The notes: a model not told the origin generated them from the sequence alone. A stretch of DNA of 64,000 nt from Rhodosorus marinus CCMP1338 (GCA_029953675.1 JAMWBK010000003.1:124001-188000), one strand, 5' to 3'; positions 1 to 12,800 are shown, numbered from the stretch's first letter. Program-made: numbers and translations.

Positions 1-145
1 TTAACCATCCGACAGAATCGATCTTACAAGCTCGAACCCTATCCATCCATTTCACAACTCCTCTGCTTTTGAAGTGGATGGGGTTAGGGAAGAAGTGTTG
101 CATAGATGCTGCGATCAGCAGCAGGCAAGCGGTTATGCTTGAGGT

Positions 146-563
146 GGGCATGGGGCATGCCCCAATGCTTGATGTCGGGATTTGGGTGGTTGCAGAAGTA
201 GGTGAGAAGTTCTCCTGGGGGGTCTTGTGAAAGCTGCTGCTTCTCAAGGAGCTGGTCCACCTTTATAATGAATTTCACTTCGATAACTCATTTTAATGGG
301 GCATTCAATTTATTTTCATTACAGGACCGAACGTCAATATATTGTAGTATAATTGTATTAATGGCATATGGCAATGCCGCTATTTTTTCCTGAATATGAA
401 ATAAATGTACTCTGATGCAGACCAAATTTTTTTTGCGCACAGGCTGAATGATGCGCCCCAAGACCAAGGGTCATCGGTCCTTTTTCTGGTCATCGGTCCT
501 TTTTCTATCAGCATCGAATTGAGCCATTCAATTTCAATGCGCATGCCATTGCCCCATTGACCC
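146..563. mobile_element. MITE-like element copy A (GGGCAnGGGGCA-type terminal inverted repeats)
   Basis: Left end gggcatggggca (146), right end tgccccattgaccc (550-563). Interior segment cttgtgaaagctgctgcttctca...acctttataatgaa is shared with 7926-8166. No TSD seen. Confidence 0.45.
469..506. repeat. 19-bp exact tandem duplication (ggtcatcggtcctttttct x2)
   Basis: Read directly from the sequence. Confidence 0.9.
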
Positions 564-2002
564 CAGCTCTCCAAGTTATGCCAGTGGCATAACTTATGGG
601 ATCTACTTTCCCAAACTCACGCGCAGTCTAGGGTTACGATAGGCGGCTTGAGACAAATTCTGGCTGTGGGCAATGAAAACGTGAGAAGTGTTGGCTGGTA
701 ATATTGTTGGAAGGTCAGACAGGGTAGCGTAGTAAGAGTAAAAGAAGCCACCGAAGTCTGGAGAAATACGAATGAGGTCACGTACTTCTAACAAAAGGCA
801 ACTTGGCAGGGCCTTTTGCTTAGCAGTCCGAGGATTGGCCCCCTTTTTTCTGGAACACGCCGTTTTGAGGGGAGGAGGGCGTACCGTGGACGCAGTTTTT
901 AGCATCGCTTTCCCTTCGTGTAGGGCGCACAGGCTTCGGATCTTCTCCTACTTGAGGAGGTTTGCCACGTCGCCTCACTGCCTGGCTTCGCGAATCAGTA
1001 AAGAGAGAGCTAGACCCTCCGGACCATCACTAGGTTTCTTCGATGGAATGAGGAGAAAAGTTAAGCTTCGTTCATGGATCCTGTGGAGCTTCAGTCTGTT
1101 CGGGCGCACTCATCTGACAGTCCTCGTCCATGCGCATTGCTGGTTGCTCGGAGATCATCGATGAATCCCAATAGGTCTGCTTTGCGGAGAATTCTCAGGT
1201 TTCACCGCAGGAAGGCCGGATAATCGTTTTTCTGTTGCGTCATCAGGTGTGTCCATCGGTTCACAAGCAATCCAGGCTAGAACATGATCACAATTTAAAG
1301 GGACCCCAGGGATGACGGTGACGTGTAAGCACGCGGCCGTCATCACTGATCATGAAGCATCCAGCGATCGCTCGGGGAGCCATCAGCATTTTGCATGTAG
1401 AAAATCTATAGAATGGTATCTGTGCGTTATTAAAGGTATGGGGTCAGATTCCTGAGGAAACGAAGGATAATCAGAGAGAAACAAACTCAAAACGATATTT
1501 CGTTTGGAGATAAAAGTTCCGATGGAGCTTGTTTTGAAGTCTGGTAATCTGGCTAAAAGGACCGTGCTTTACTGTATCGGTTGAGCAGTTCGGAGACCTC
1601 TTCACGTTGAGCATATCCTCCTAAACACAGAAAAATCGCGCTGCTCAAGTGCCCATTGCAAACTGGGTCTCAACCCTCCTTCCCCTCACTTCCCTCAAGA
1701 AAAGACATATCCACGAAAAAACTAGCAAATCACGAGCTTCTCTGTCCGCTGACACTGGTCATATGATACTCCTCAGATCTAGTCTCGGAGACCAATCCTC
1801 AAAACCCACATATGAAAAACGCAAAAGGACCAACAGCTCACCCCCCCAAAAAGAAAAGCAACCCAAGAACTGACACCTTCCGCACGCAGCGAACCTTTGA
1901 ATTCAGCGAAAAAAGCTTGCATCCCTTTCAGAAGCGTACCGGAGAGGTACCATGGGCAGAACCGTCATCGCAGCAGCTAACGGACACACGTTCTATTTCA
2001 AT

Positions 2003-3196
2003 CTACATCTCCTCGGCTTGCGGCTGAACGTCCTCCATTACTTCAGCCGCAACTTCAGTCGCAGTGCTAGTGATTCCGCTAGGAGTCTTCTTCACGTCTT
2101 TGGAAGCCTGGAATTCCTTCATGGGCAGCATTGCTTCAATCGCCTCCAAGTGCTTAGAATCAAACATGGTTGCTTTGTCCCTTACAGAACCGCGAACTTC
2201 CAACCCGACGCTCTCCCTTTCAATTGCCTGTTCAGTGACAGGCGCCGGCTTGGGTGTTGAGTCGGTCACAGACGCAACGACCTCGTTCGTGGCCTCCGAC
2301 AAGCCAGCGTCGGCTGAGACCGCTGGTGTTGATTTAGCTGCCCCGGCCGTCTCCGCGGACTCCGACACTGGAATGTCAGCTTCTGTTGTGGTTGTGGTTG
2401 TGCTATCCGATGCAAGAGTCGCGCTGGTTGCGCTGAGTCCTGTGGTCAGCGGTTGTCCGTCCTCTCCAACGGGGACCTTGATTTCTTCCTTGGAAAGAAT
2501 AGTACCGTCCTTGGCCTTCTTGATACGCACGATCTTCTTCAATCTTACACGCTTGGACACTCTTCTGCCCGGGTCCTCAGCCCCGATTGCGGTAGCAGCT
2601 GTTCCATCCGCTGCTGCTGTCGCCTCACCGGAAGCTGCTGCTGTCGCCTCACCGGCAGCTGCTGCTGTCACAGCTGAGCCATCCACCTGAACACCCGCTT
2701 CGCCCGGCTCCCTGGTCGCCTCAGCGGAGCCCATGGCAGCTTCAGCAGCATTTACCGTCTCCGCAGCTGTATCCCGGGCCTCCAAGCTGATTTCGTTGAC
2801 GTCATCCACTGGCTTGGCGTCAAGATCATCTGCTAGGTCGTCTTCTGCACCAGCAGGCACTTTGCCAGCTCCATCCTCAGCAACCGCTGCGGCCTCGCCT
2901 TCGACAGTCTCAGCTCCAGCCACTACGTTCCCATCGACAGCTTCAGTCGGTTCCTCTAGTGTCACTCCGGTCGGTTCTACCGTAGTTTCCTCCGTTTCTG
3001 CAGGGATTTCTGCAGGGGTTTCTGAAGGGGTTTCTACTGGTACTTCAGCTGGAGTTTCAGTAGAGGTCTCTGCCATGATCTGAGTTGCCACTTCAGCGGC
3101 AGCTTCTTTCGCCTTCGCAGTTGTATCGACCTTCACATCGGGCTTCTTCTCCGGAGCCTTTTTGGGCACATCGTCTTTCCCAAGACATGCCCCCAT
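2003..3196 (-). CDS. Acidic, Ala/Glu/Thr-rich disordered protein with N-terminal MGAC acylation motif
   Basis: Intronless 397-aa ATG ORF. Starts MGACLGK (Gly2 myristoylation, Cys4 palmitoylation candidate). Internal basic patch RRVSKRVRLKKIVRIKKAK. Low-complexity PAE/GEATAAA repeats. Confidence 0.8.
   Translation of the reverse strand: MGACLGKDDVPKKAPEKKPDVKVDTTAKAKEAAAEVATQIMAETSTETPAEVPVETPSETPAEIPAETEETTVEPTGVTLEEPTEAVDGNVVAGAETVEGEAAAVAEDGAGKVPAGAEDDLADDLDAKPVDDVNEISLEARDTAAETVNAAEAAMGSAEATREPGEAGVQVDGSAVTAAAAGEATAAASGEATAAADGTAATAIGAEDPGRRVSKRVRLKKIVRIKKAKDGTILSKEEIKVPVGEDGQPLTTGLSATSATLASDSTTTTTTEADIPVSESAETAGAAKSTPAVSADAGLSEATNEVVASVTDSTPKPAPVTEQAIERESVGLEVRGSVRDKATMFDSKHLEAIEAMLPMKEFQASKDVKKTPSGITSTATEVAAEVMEDVQPQAEEM
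2610..2669. repeat. 24-bp in-frame tandem repeat, about 2.5 copies, encoding GEATAAA(A/S)
   Basis: gctgctgctgtcgcctcaccgg(a/c)a units at 2610, 2634 and a partial unit at 2658. Confidence 0.85.
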
Positions 3197-5401
3197 CTTG
3201 ATCCTATACCTTAGTTACCCTATCCTCACAAACGATTCATCCAAATCGCTATAAACCGCGTCACCAGTGCTCCCCTTTCCCCTCACAGTCAGTCGATACC
3301 GACTTTTCTCGTGTCTTGCTGCTAGGCGCAAATGTAAAGTTCTGGCTCAACAAGTCAGAGTGCAACTATGACAGGTAGGTAATATTCTGTCATGGGGGTT
3401 GCCTAGATACCCGATCTGATTGCCGACCGGCAACTACCAATCTTATTATAGCACATCACGATTTCTCCATGTATCTCAACCCTCTCTAGAGCCACGTGGA
3501 ATGGAAGCATGGACTAATTCTTGGAGAAGCGTCCCAAACGGGAATCGCGTTCAAACGCAAAGGTCTTCCCCAATGGACCAACTCAGGGGGGTGAAAGAAT
3601 CAAGCTTCTATAGGCTAGTGATTGAACACATCTCATCGATTTTCAGATACCCCTAAGCAAAATGGCTGAACCATCGGAACTTGGCCTTGTGAACACGTTT
3701 AAAATTGCAAGGAATCGCATTGGGGAGTTTGCACCCCTGTAAGAACCCATACCCTTTCTCTTGATTGAATACTATCGCGAATGATTCCCAGGAGAGGGTT
3801 GGAAATTGCTGGTCTGTGTAGCCGTGGTTGCGGGAGAATATCTGCGTATTTTATCAGTTGCTCCTGGATTAACCAATAGATATCATATTATCGACTTTGT
3901 TTGATTTTTAGTGCTTTAGAGGCCGGGAGATGAACTCTTCTCTCACAGATAGCACTGGAACCGCAAGAAGGAAATTTCTCGTACCCCTCTTTTCGAGCAC
4001 GGCGCTCCGTTGTCCGTTGTTTCCTCGAATTGACCCTATGCTCTCAAAACCTGCGTTTTGGAACAACTTTTTGGAGTGTGGAAAATGCAGGGGGAGTGCA
4101 GTTTGACTTGTATTCAATCCGGGCGGTGAAAATGAGATCTTTCCCAGGGGGTCCCGGTCCTGACGGTAGTGCTGCTTTGAATTCAATCAGAAGGACGAGG
4201 AAAAAATAACAGTTAGGGTTTTTAGTAAAAATCGAGCTGACTGACTTAAAGCACTCTGGAAGCACATTCGGAATATTGTGGTTGCAATTGCTATTAAGGA
4301 CTTTTCTCCATTTTTTGTACTACTCGAAGCGCGCATCTGCACGTGCAAAAAAATTCCGCAACCGGATGCGAGTCCTTGGATTCGGGAATTTGGTTTAGAA
4401 ATATAACCTAGGAATGAAGATCGTTTTGAATAGATACGGGCATGTTCCCACCAAAAGTTGCGGACCGTTTCGCTGCTGACCAGCGGGCAGATGGAGGTGG
4501 TCGTAAGGTTGAGGCTGAACTGGTGCTTACAGACCATCCGCTTCCTAACGATGGGGTTTCTGGATCCAGACCCTTTTTTCTGAGCTAGGCAGCAACCGCT
4601 CTGGTTCTTCGTGTGACGAGAAAAAAATGAGCCACGATCGCACTCCAGTTGCAAATGATGCGACGGACACGGTCCACCAACTAGGTAGTTACGGCGGTTG
4701 AAAGCCAGACGGAACCCCTCAGACCGATTCTTCCAAGCCGTGGGGTAGGAGTCCTTATCCGGAACCTGGCGGCGGCTGATGAATATGCCAGCGCACGGGT
4801 TGAGGATGGAAGAAATATTGTTGCATATCCTCTGGGTCTACCCTAGTATCTGCGTTGAATTCTACCGTAGATGAAAAGAAGCACGGCATGTTCACTTTTT
4901 TTCTCATCGAGAGCTGAATTCGAGCAACCGAAGAGCTGGGCTGGCTCACCCTGCAACCAGTCTCATCAGGCGGGCAAGAGAAACGGACAGACGTGTCTAC
5001 AACGTATTTTCTCATCTGCGTGATGTATTTTCTGGGTTTCGGTTTTCAAATTTTGAACCCACCGGATAATCTCATTTATTTCTGAAAATCAATATTTTTT
5101 TGCAACGGTGAGAATCCGGCTGACAATGCTCATGTGTTCCATGCCCTTGACCCAGGAACGTAATTCTCTGAGATGGCCCGCATCGAAGTCCCCAACATGG
5201 GAACTGGACGCGATCGGGGCTTGCTGTGCAAGCTCTACACCTTGAGCACCTGGAACTGGGTTTTTTGGCAACAACCATCGACCGGACGCTAAGAGAACCT
5301 AAACAACCAGAACGACCCAGCTTTCAGACCTCTTCTAACTCTGCGCGGTCTAAAGGGGAAGGGACGAGGGGGCGGGCTGGAGGGCTCAGCTTTCTCGGAG
5401 A

Positions 5402-7663
5402 ATGGCAGAACCGGCACACATAAATGTGAAGGAATCGCCAAGGTGGGAGACATCGAAGGAAAACGTTCGACCGAGAGCGCAGGGGAGGGATCCCAAGCTC
5501 CTTGAGGCGGCGCTCAAGGCGAACCCGCTAAATAAACCGGAACTGCCGGAGCTCCCAGTCCCGGATGACTCACAGGATCCTCTCCAATTGTACTACGATT
5601 TCGTCTTGCGTGTCGAGCAGAGCCTTCCGGGAGGATGCAAGGAGCTCGTTGTGCTGCTTGAAGCCGTCACTAAAAAGTAGTTGCTCAAGCAAGGTTACTT
5701 CACCACTTTATCCGCATTCCCGAAGTTGACAGAAAACACACCTCTCGTATTCCATCAGGCTTGTTGTGCATGAGGAGTATAAAAACAGCGAAAAGAACGT
5801 ACGCCTGTGGCTTTCCTACGCAGACCTCATCCCAGACCCAAAGATCGCCTACGAGTACATGAAAACCAATGAAATTGGAACTGAGAATCCTTTTTTTTAC
5901 GAAGCGTGGGCTCTGGTCATGGAGGAACGGTAAGGACGGATCATTCCCGCAGGGAAACAGGGTCACGAAAATCAGTCTGAGAAATCGATTTCGCACCTCC
6001 CGTTTCCCTCATCGCTCAACACCAGTGGCGCCTTGAAGAAGGCAAACGAGCTGCTTTCAATTGGGTGCGCTCGGTTTGAAGGAAACACGCGTCTGGAGAG
6101 CTTGAGAGAGGGGTTCGATATTCGTGCCACTGAATCGTTGGCGCAGTCTCTTGCGGCTCATGACGATCGTGAAAGGTGAGAGGTGCCCTGCAGTGGCTGG
6201 TCAAAAAATTCTACGAAGTTGCATCTAAAAGTGTTTTGTTGTTGTCCTTTTTCCCACATCAATCCCAGGTCGTCCAGGGAGCGGGTCAACCGTCCTAGCA
6301 GTGTTCAACCTTCCGGGACAGGCAAAAGGACCCCAGGATTTACTGTCTTCACCGACGAACCCGGTTTTGATGCTGCATCGACAGAAGTGACCCGCCCTAC
6401 TTTCAGAACTATTCCAACCCAGAAAAGCTCGATCAAAGAAAACCGGGAGAAACCTGCGAAGTGGTCTGATAGAACCATGCCACAAACGCAAAGTTACCGA
6501 GCGACCTCTTCAACGCCACGGTCCAGCTCAATCGCTATATACACGGACGACCACCAGGTGCACCAAGTCTCCTCCACAAAAGAAAAAGAAAGTCCGAGAA
6601 GGCTACTATCAGAGATCAAACGCTCCAGTCGGTTCCTCCGCTAGCAACCAGAACAAGCTACGGATCTGCTTCCAATGGTGGTGTTCCAACCCAACTCCGG
6701 ATAGCTGTACAGTCAGGACCACTTGTCAACAGACGTGGTCGAGAACAAATAAGTTTAGTTTCAAGGATAACTAAAGATTAGTCTCAGAAACAAGCAAAAT
6801 AGCATTCATCGCGCTTCCTAAGGCACTTAATTTCTTCTTTGTCGTTAGTTGATAGCTGTTGTCCACGCCTTGCACCCGCACAAGAGACTGCCCCAGCTCC
6901 TTGCGTGGATCACCTAAAAACCACCCCCTCGTGTGGCCATCGGTGCCGAACTGCCGCTAAACGCGCCATGCTTCATCGCTCCAAATTTACCCAGCGAATT
7001 TATCGATCGTTGACGATGAATCCTTTCTATTGCAACGAGTCAGAGGTTGACCAGGCGGTCTGCACCTAAGTCGCCAGGCTGCATGCACAGGCCTCGAGTT
7101 CAGCTTAACAGGGCAATAATCAGCACTGCTCGGGATACAGTGCTGTTCCACCGATTGTATGCAACGGTCTCCCTGACGTCCGCCTCCAGGGAGTTAGTTT
7201 GAAGAAACCAGACATGGGTAGAGACGGCTGGGACCGGTCTCAAGCTGCGCAGCGTCTGGTAAGCAACTCACACGCAAAAAAATCGGGTTCTGATCATTAC
7301 ATTCAAAGAACCTCCTCAGCTGTACATCAGCGAAGTACGGCATCAGCGGACAAAACGGAAGGCGAAACTCAACACCATTCGACTGCATCTTTGTACAGTG
7401 TTTATACGTGGAACTTCCATTGCTCATGGCTCTTGTACAATCCTCGACTTCGGCCGCGAGGAACCCAGCAGCTGAAGAATTTACGTAATTTCGAAAAAAC
7501 GAAATCCATCTGGCAAGCAGTAGGCATTTCAAAATCTGTCCAATCGACCATGAACTCCTCTCGGCATATCAGGTACAGTGTCGAAGTTTTCCCGACGACC
7601 TCATCAAAAAAGTTGTTCAAAAACATCTTATCGCTGCCAGGAAACTGCGATCCGCACCCATAG
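5402..7663 (+). CDS. MAD3: Mad3/BubR1 (MadBub) spindle-checkpoint protein, multi-exon; 3' end uncertain
   Basis: WETSKENVRPRAQGR KEN1 box (5456-5464). The TPR domain reassembles across introns: DPLQLYYDFVLRVEQSLPGG...EYKNSEKNVRLWLSYADLIPDPKIAYEYMKTNEIGTENPFFYEAWALVMEER-GALKKANELLSIG. ABBA-like FTVFTD (6339), KEN2 KENREKPAKW (6435), ABBA-like IAIYTD (6531). Confidence 0.85.
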
Positions 7664-7925
7664 AGTCATCCAACCACAAACCCATAAAGTCATCCAACCA
7701 CAAGCCCACAGTGGTGCAGGCTTGACAATTAATAGAAGACATCGAGTCTCGACAAGGCTTGGTACACGCCCCCCCCCCACCAAGTGGACAACCCTGGCAA
7801 TTTCATGCGTATCCCGACCTCTGAGAGATCATTGATCTGCTTGCTGTCCCAAAAAAACCAGTGAAGCATTGCCAAATAGTACTGCGTGCGTTCAGTGTAC
7901 GAATGAATGACCGAATAATTCCAAT

Positions 7926-8166
7926 GGGCACGGGGCATGCCCCATAGGGCCCATTAGCAAGCCATATCGCCCCTTTCAACCTTGTCGTAAGCGGGATTCG
8001 GATGAGCCAATGATTGCGACTTGGAAGCGAGAAGCCAGTCTGGGCCTTGTGAAAAGCTGCTGCTTCTCACGAAGCAGACCTACCTTTGTAATGAAGTTCA
8101 GCTGAATAAGTCAATTTTGAACAGGAACTTTTTTTCCTTACCCTCTAGCGAGGTGCCCCATTGCCC
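7926..8166. mobile_element. MITE-like element copy B, related to 146-563
   Basis: Left gggcacggggca and right tgccccattgccc form a near-perfect TIR pair. Diverged interior similarity to copy A. Confidence 0.5.
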
Positions 8167-8463
8167 CCTCGGAGGGCCACCTCGGAATAATTTTGGTGCG
8201 ACCAATTCTTAATTAGAGTAGCACCACGTTTACGTAGCTCATGCCAAGTCAGTGGTCAGATCACCTGAATCAGGTGTTGAAGAGGCCATTTGATGTTGTC
8301 GGAATATGCTGTGGAAGAAAGCAAGGGAACTGGACATCGGTCAGTTCGATGGAGTAGATTTGCGCTTAGAGGAAGGGAGAAGTGGGTGATTAGAATTTGC
8401 AGAGCAGGAGGAGAGATAATAAGGTACAGTGAATTCGTTGCAAGTAGGTTTGGGGCAACAGAG

Positions 8464-9814
8464 ATGGCTGTTTTGTTGGGTTTTGTTGGGAGTTTGGCGG
8501 TGAATGAGAGAGGTCGCGGGGTTAGAATGAGGAAGAGGTGGAGGAGGAAGAGGGCTACAAGGGTGATGTGCACGAGTGAGAAGGGAGATGACGGGGACCG
8601 GGAGAGCGTGGATTTTGGTGGTTTGGTTCCGAGCAAGAAGTTTTCTGAAATGGAGGATGAATACCTGGAAGAAAATCCGCTCTTCGACTTGATATCAAAG
8701 GTCCCACCTCCAGAGCTTGTTGCGAGGTGAGTTATCGACAACACCATGATTCTGACAAGAGGCCGTTAACGAGCAGTGCTGACTCATTTTCTTGCGGGTG
8801 GGCTGCGCCTTCGGTACACAGGTTTAATAGAAGCTCGCCTCCAGAAGTACAAGCTGCGTTTAGAACGACTCTGATGGAAATGATTGGCTCACTTCCGAGC
8901 GCAATGTTTCCCGTTCAAGTTCGAACATTGACCAACAATGTTGTCCAGCTCATGCAGACATGCATCATGACAGGCTACATGTTCAGAAGCGCCCAGTATC
9001 GATTGTCTCTTATCAAAAGCTTGAATCGGTCAGCTCTTGAAGGGCACGTGGAGCCCGCTGAGGTGGACATTATAGGAGCCTCATTGGTTTCTGAGGAGAC
9101 TGGTGGTTCACTTGAGGCTGAGGTGAGGAATCGGAATCCGCACACACACGCACAGCCGGAGATACCAGAAAATCCGTTGTGTTGTCGTTCTGGGCTTCTG
9201 GGGCTTTGTTGTTGAAAAGGAAAGCGAGAAAGGAGACCTGATGGACATTGGTTTTTGTATTCTATGTCGTCTTTTTGGGTGCTTTGCTGTACGTGGCTTG
9301 TTCTAAGATAAAAGCCCAGGAGTATGTAGATTCATTGAGGAGCGAGGTCGAGGTTCTCAAGTCTGAGATTTCACGATATAGAACATTAGAGGAGTCGACT
9401 AGTGGGAATCTCACAAACGAGCTGACCGGGTACCTCACGAGTTTAGATTCAAGTGCTCTCTCGGAAATGACTAACAGCGCTGGCGTAGAGGTCATTGATG
9501 CAATGCGGAAGCTTATTGATGGTGTACTTGGAAAGCAGATAAACCCTTCTGATCCGGTTGAGACTAGTCTCAACGAGCTCGGTGAGCGGCATAGCAAAAC
9601 CATGCTGGGATTAGCTCCGGGATGTAGAGAACAAGAACTCAAGTGCCATCCTGGTTTTCCCTTTTCGTGCACAATTTCTTATCTCCGGCGCTGGCCCTTT
9701 TCAATCACGATAGCGACACTTCTGCTTTTCAACATGGTCTCTGGTTACTTCCTCAAAGAGGCTGAAGTTCGCTATAACCTCGATAAGGATATTGGCTTAC
9801 GTTCGTCGACATGA
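8464..9814 (+). CDS. DUF760 family protein (plant At3g17800-like), probably plastid-targeted, about 4 exons
   Basis: Transit-peptide-like MAVLLGFVGSL.... Two DUF760 repeats: NPLFDLISKVPPPELVARFNRSSPPEVQAAFRTTLMEMIGSLP...QLMQTCIMTGYMFRSAQYRLSL and NELTGYLTSLDSSALSEMTNSAGVEVIDAMRKLIDGVLG...LLLFNMVSGYFLKEAEVRYNL. Confidence 0.88.
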
Positions 9815-12800
9815 AAGCGTTTTTGGAAGTCTAAGATTTACGAAATTGGGTAAGGTGTTCAGCTGCTGGTCATCTGTAGTGTGAGAAACGCCATACAAGT
9901 GCCTGGGAGAGCGCAGCTCGAATTTTATGTGGGGGAAATAGAACAGGGGCCAAAAAGAATTACTGAAAGGCGTCCGTGTGCAGTGTGACGCACTTCTCTC
10001 CGCTTCACCCTACTCGCCTTGTGTTCTCCGTTGATCTTCGGAATCGTAGTGAATATGTCCGAGACTTCGATCAGTCCAGATCAGCACGCCATGTTGTGCA
10101 CGGGACGCGAATTGATGCATGAGCCTCGGATAGAAGGGAACGCGACCAGGCTGAAAGACCTCAGGGCTCCCTGATCCAAACACGCAGAGGCGTGCTCTAT
10201 CTTCGATCCATTCCTTCTGCGCTTCAGCTGACTGTTCTCCTTGTCACTCCTTAACACGCTAGACTTTATGTTCGGCAAGTCCTGACAGCTATTTGAAAGC
10301 GCTGAGACCAACAGCAGAACCGTGCAACATGAGCACGAGAGGCTGCACTGACAGGAAGACCATCGGCCCCACGGCTACGTTGCGATACAACGAACCTTTC
10401 CGCTCCCCTTTCTCCTTGAGCTGATGGGTTTCCTGATCGCGCTTCAATGTCATGGTCAGAATTCCAGACCCGAACAATGTAGAGGCGCCATACGATGCGT
10501 ATTGCCTTTATCCCGGAAGCGCTTTCCCTACACTTGTCGAGCTTGTCTGCATCAGGAGCGCAACAGATCAAGGGCTACGGCGTTTTGCAATACTGATTGA
10601 GGGAAAATTTGATACGAGACGCCGTGTCTTTAGCCATGTTTGTCAGAGCGTAGAGAACGCGTGCTCATCCGCAGTGCATGGTCAGCTCAAAAATACAGTG
10701 ACCTGAGCTTTGCTTATTAAGCTGGGCGAAGGATAACAATTCTGCCGTCATACGATGAACACATGGATTCTGGCCTGTGGATGGCCAACAGACTCCGGCT
10801 GATTACACACCACCTCGAGCCACGAGCTCAAGCTCGACAGTTCTTGCCTGCGTCCTCACAAGCTCACAACGGCACTAGACACAATGCTGGCAAATTTCAC
10901 GTATTCCAGTACATGTTAGTTCGTCCTACCTCACCAAGAAAGAGACCGTTTTAGGGTGCCACGTCGAGGGGCGGCGAATAGTCCCTTTCCAAATTGAAGA
11001 ATTGTCTCGTAGTCACCGATAAAGATGAAGCGTCGGCTGCTTCGAACCAGCTCGAAACACACTCGATCCCGTTAGAGAATTCGTAATGAAACTAGAAACG
11101 GAGAAAGAATAAACCATGTCAACCAAACGTCCCAGCACCTGATCTGAAATGAATTAAACAGGAAACGCATGCGACACCTGTTAGTTAAGAACTTTCGAGT
11201 CACTCAGCTCCAACGCAAGAGCGATTAAACCGTGGAAAGGCGATTCGGGACCGAGCTCGAGACATTCAAAGACCAAGAAGAGCAAGAAATCCAAAGACAC
11301 GGATCTCCTGGATTTTTCAATAGGACCCGCAGACAAGGCAACACCCAAACACGTCAGCAAGTACACAGCGGAAAGGAAGTGGCGAAAAGTAATTTCAAAC
11401 CAGAAAGCACTCCAGTTGCTCTTTTGTCATCCTGAAATTTAATACTGGCGTTAATGCCAGGACAAGGCTATTATCAGGAATCCGGAAGGGCATCACACGT
11501 ACCAGATCCAAATGCCAACTACCATCGAGTCATTTTCTGGTTTTTTTTTTCACGGTTCTCTTTTCCGGTTGAGGGTGTGGCATAATCGTTCGCATCAGTT
11601 CGCCGAAAATATAGTAGGAGTCCGTCGGAGAAGCACGAAGGGGATCCATGTACACAGTCGGATACGAAATCACGCTTTGGGGGACTAGTTCGAGTACAAA
11701 AAAAGGGAAAAATGAATAATAATAGCTGCGACGGACTAGAGCTTAAAACACCTGGAAAACAAAGCCCACGGCGTTGTTCTCACGGCGGATGAGGAGCGTG
11801 GCTTAAGTTTCTGAAAAAGCAAGAGGCAAAACGGGCGTCGAGTTTCTCTCCTCTGACACACTTGTTGAAGGATTTGCCTGTGTTCGTTCTGCCAAAGTAG
11901 GACGAACCGCGTAGGACGAAAAAAATGCTCTGAATATGGTAAATAATAACAAAAAACAGGGCTCCATGTCCGCTCGCCTCTTCCTATCTCGACTGTTCGT
12001 TCGAGAGTGTTCCGCAAAATATTGACATCCATACGTATTACACTTTGCAAGCACATTAACAACGCACCACAGGTGGGGATTCCGACGTGGAGGTCTGGAG
12101 AACTGCGCTCACAAAGCCGATTCAGGATTGCTTTTTTTTTTCTCCCTACTTTGGGCACTGTCTTGAAATCACTGTTCAGACGCATTAGAAAAAATCTCGG
12201 AATACAACTACTTTCTAGTTGATGTAGGACTAGATTAGGAAAACTATTTCAAAAATTCCACGCCATAAGCAGTATTAGCATTTGGCGATGCATTGCAGCC
12301 TCTTCGATTCGCAGAGGACTGGTACCAAGCTTGGTCACAAAGCGCATTTCGGCATTTTTTCTGAGTCTAGTACTTGCGCAATAATTCCTTAGTGCGCCCA
12401 TGCTTTTTATATGTGAAAGAAAAATGCAGGAAATAAATTGATAGCTCTCCTCTAAATTGTTTATTCCGGCGGAGTCTACGTAAAGCAATAGAGCAATCGC
12501 TCTTTTTTTTTGTTAGAGACGAACCCAATAATCACGCTTTCGAAATCGTCAAACATTTTGGTTTACCCAGTAACTAACGTACTTCTCACTCCCCTTTCCT
12601 CTCCTCCTGCGCTTTTCCTCTTTGGTACACCCTGTGAAAGGGCCCTCATCGGGTTGTTGAAGTCCTTCCCAAGACGCCCGCTTACTCACTACACCAGCAT
12701 TATTCCGTGTGAATGGCTCCATCGGTGTTCAGGGCATGAACATACATTAAACAATCCCCTACCCAAGATGCGGGCAGTGGACCTCCACACGGTGGACAGC

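Noticed and set aside
2064-3083. Long plus-strand ORFs 2064-2690 and 2733-3083
   Set aside because: Antisense shadows of the low-complexity 397-aa gene. The same applies to shadow ORFs over dymeclin, PIF1, TM9SF and the Spinster gene.
4135-4175. FPGGPGPDG, resembling the LINE RT domain-0 PGPDG motif
   Set aside because: The frame closes soon after and no other RT motifs follow.
10081-12500. Many short ORFs, including a Lys-rich open frame near 11185-11450
   Set aside because: I could not join them into a consistent spliced model or recognise a domain. A gene here is possible but unsupported.
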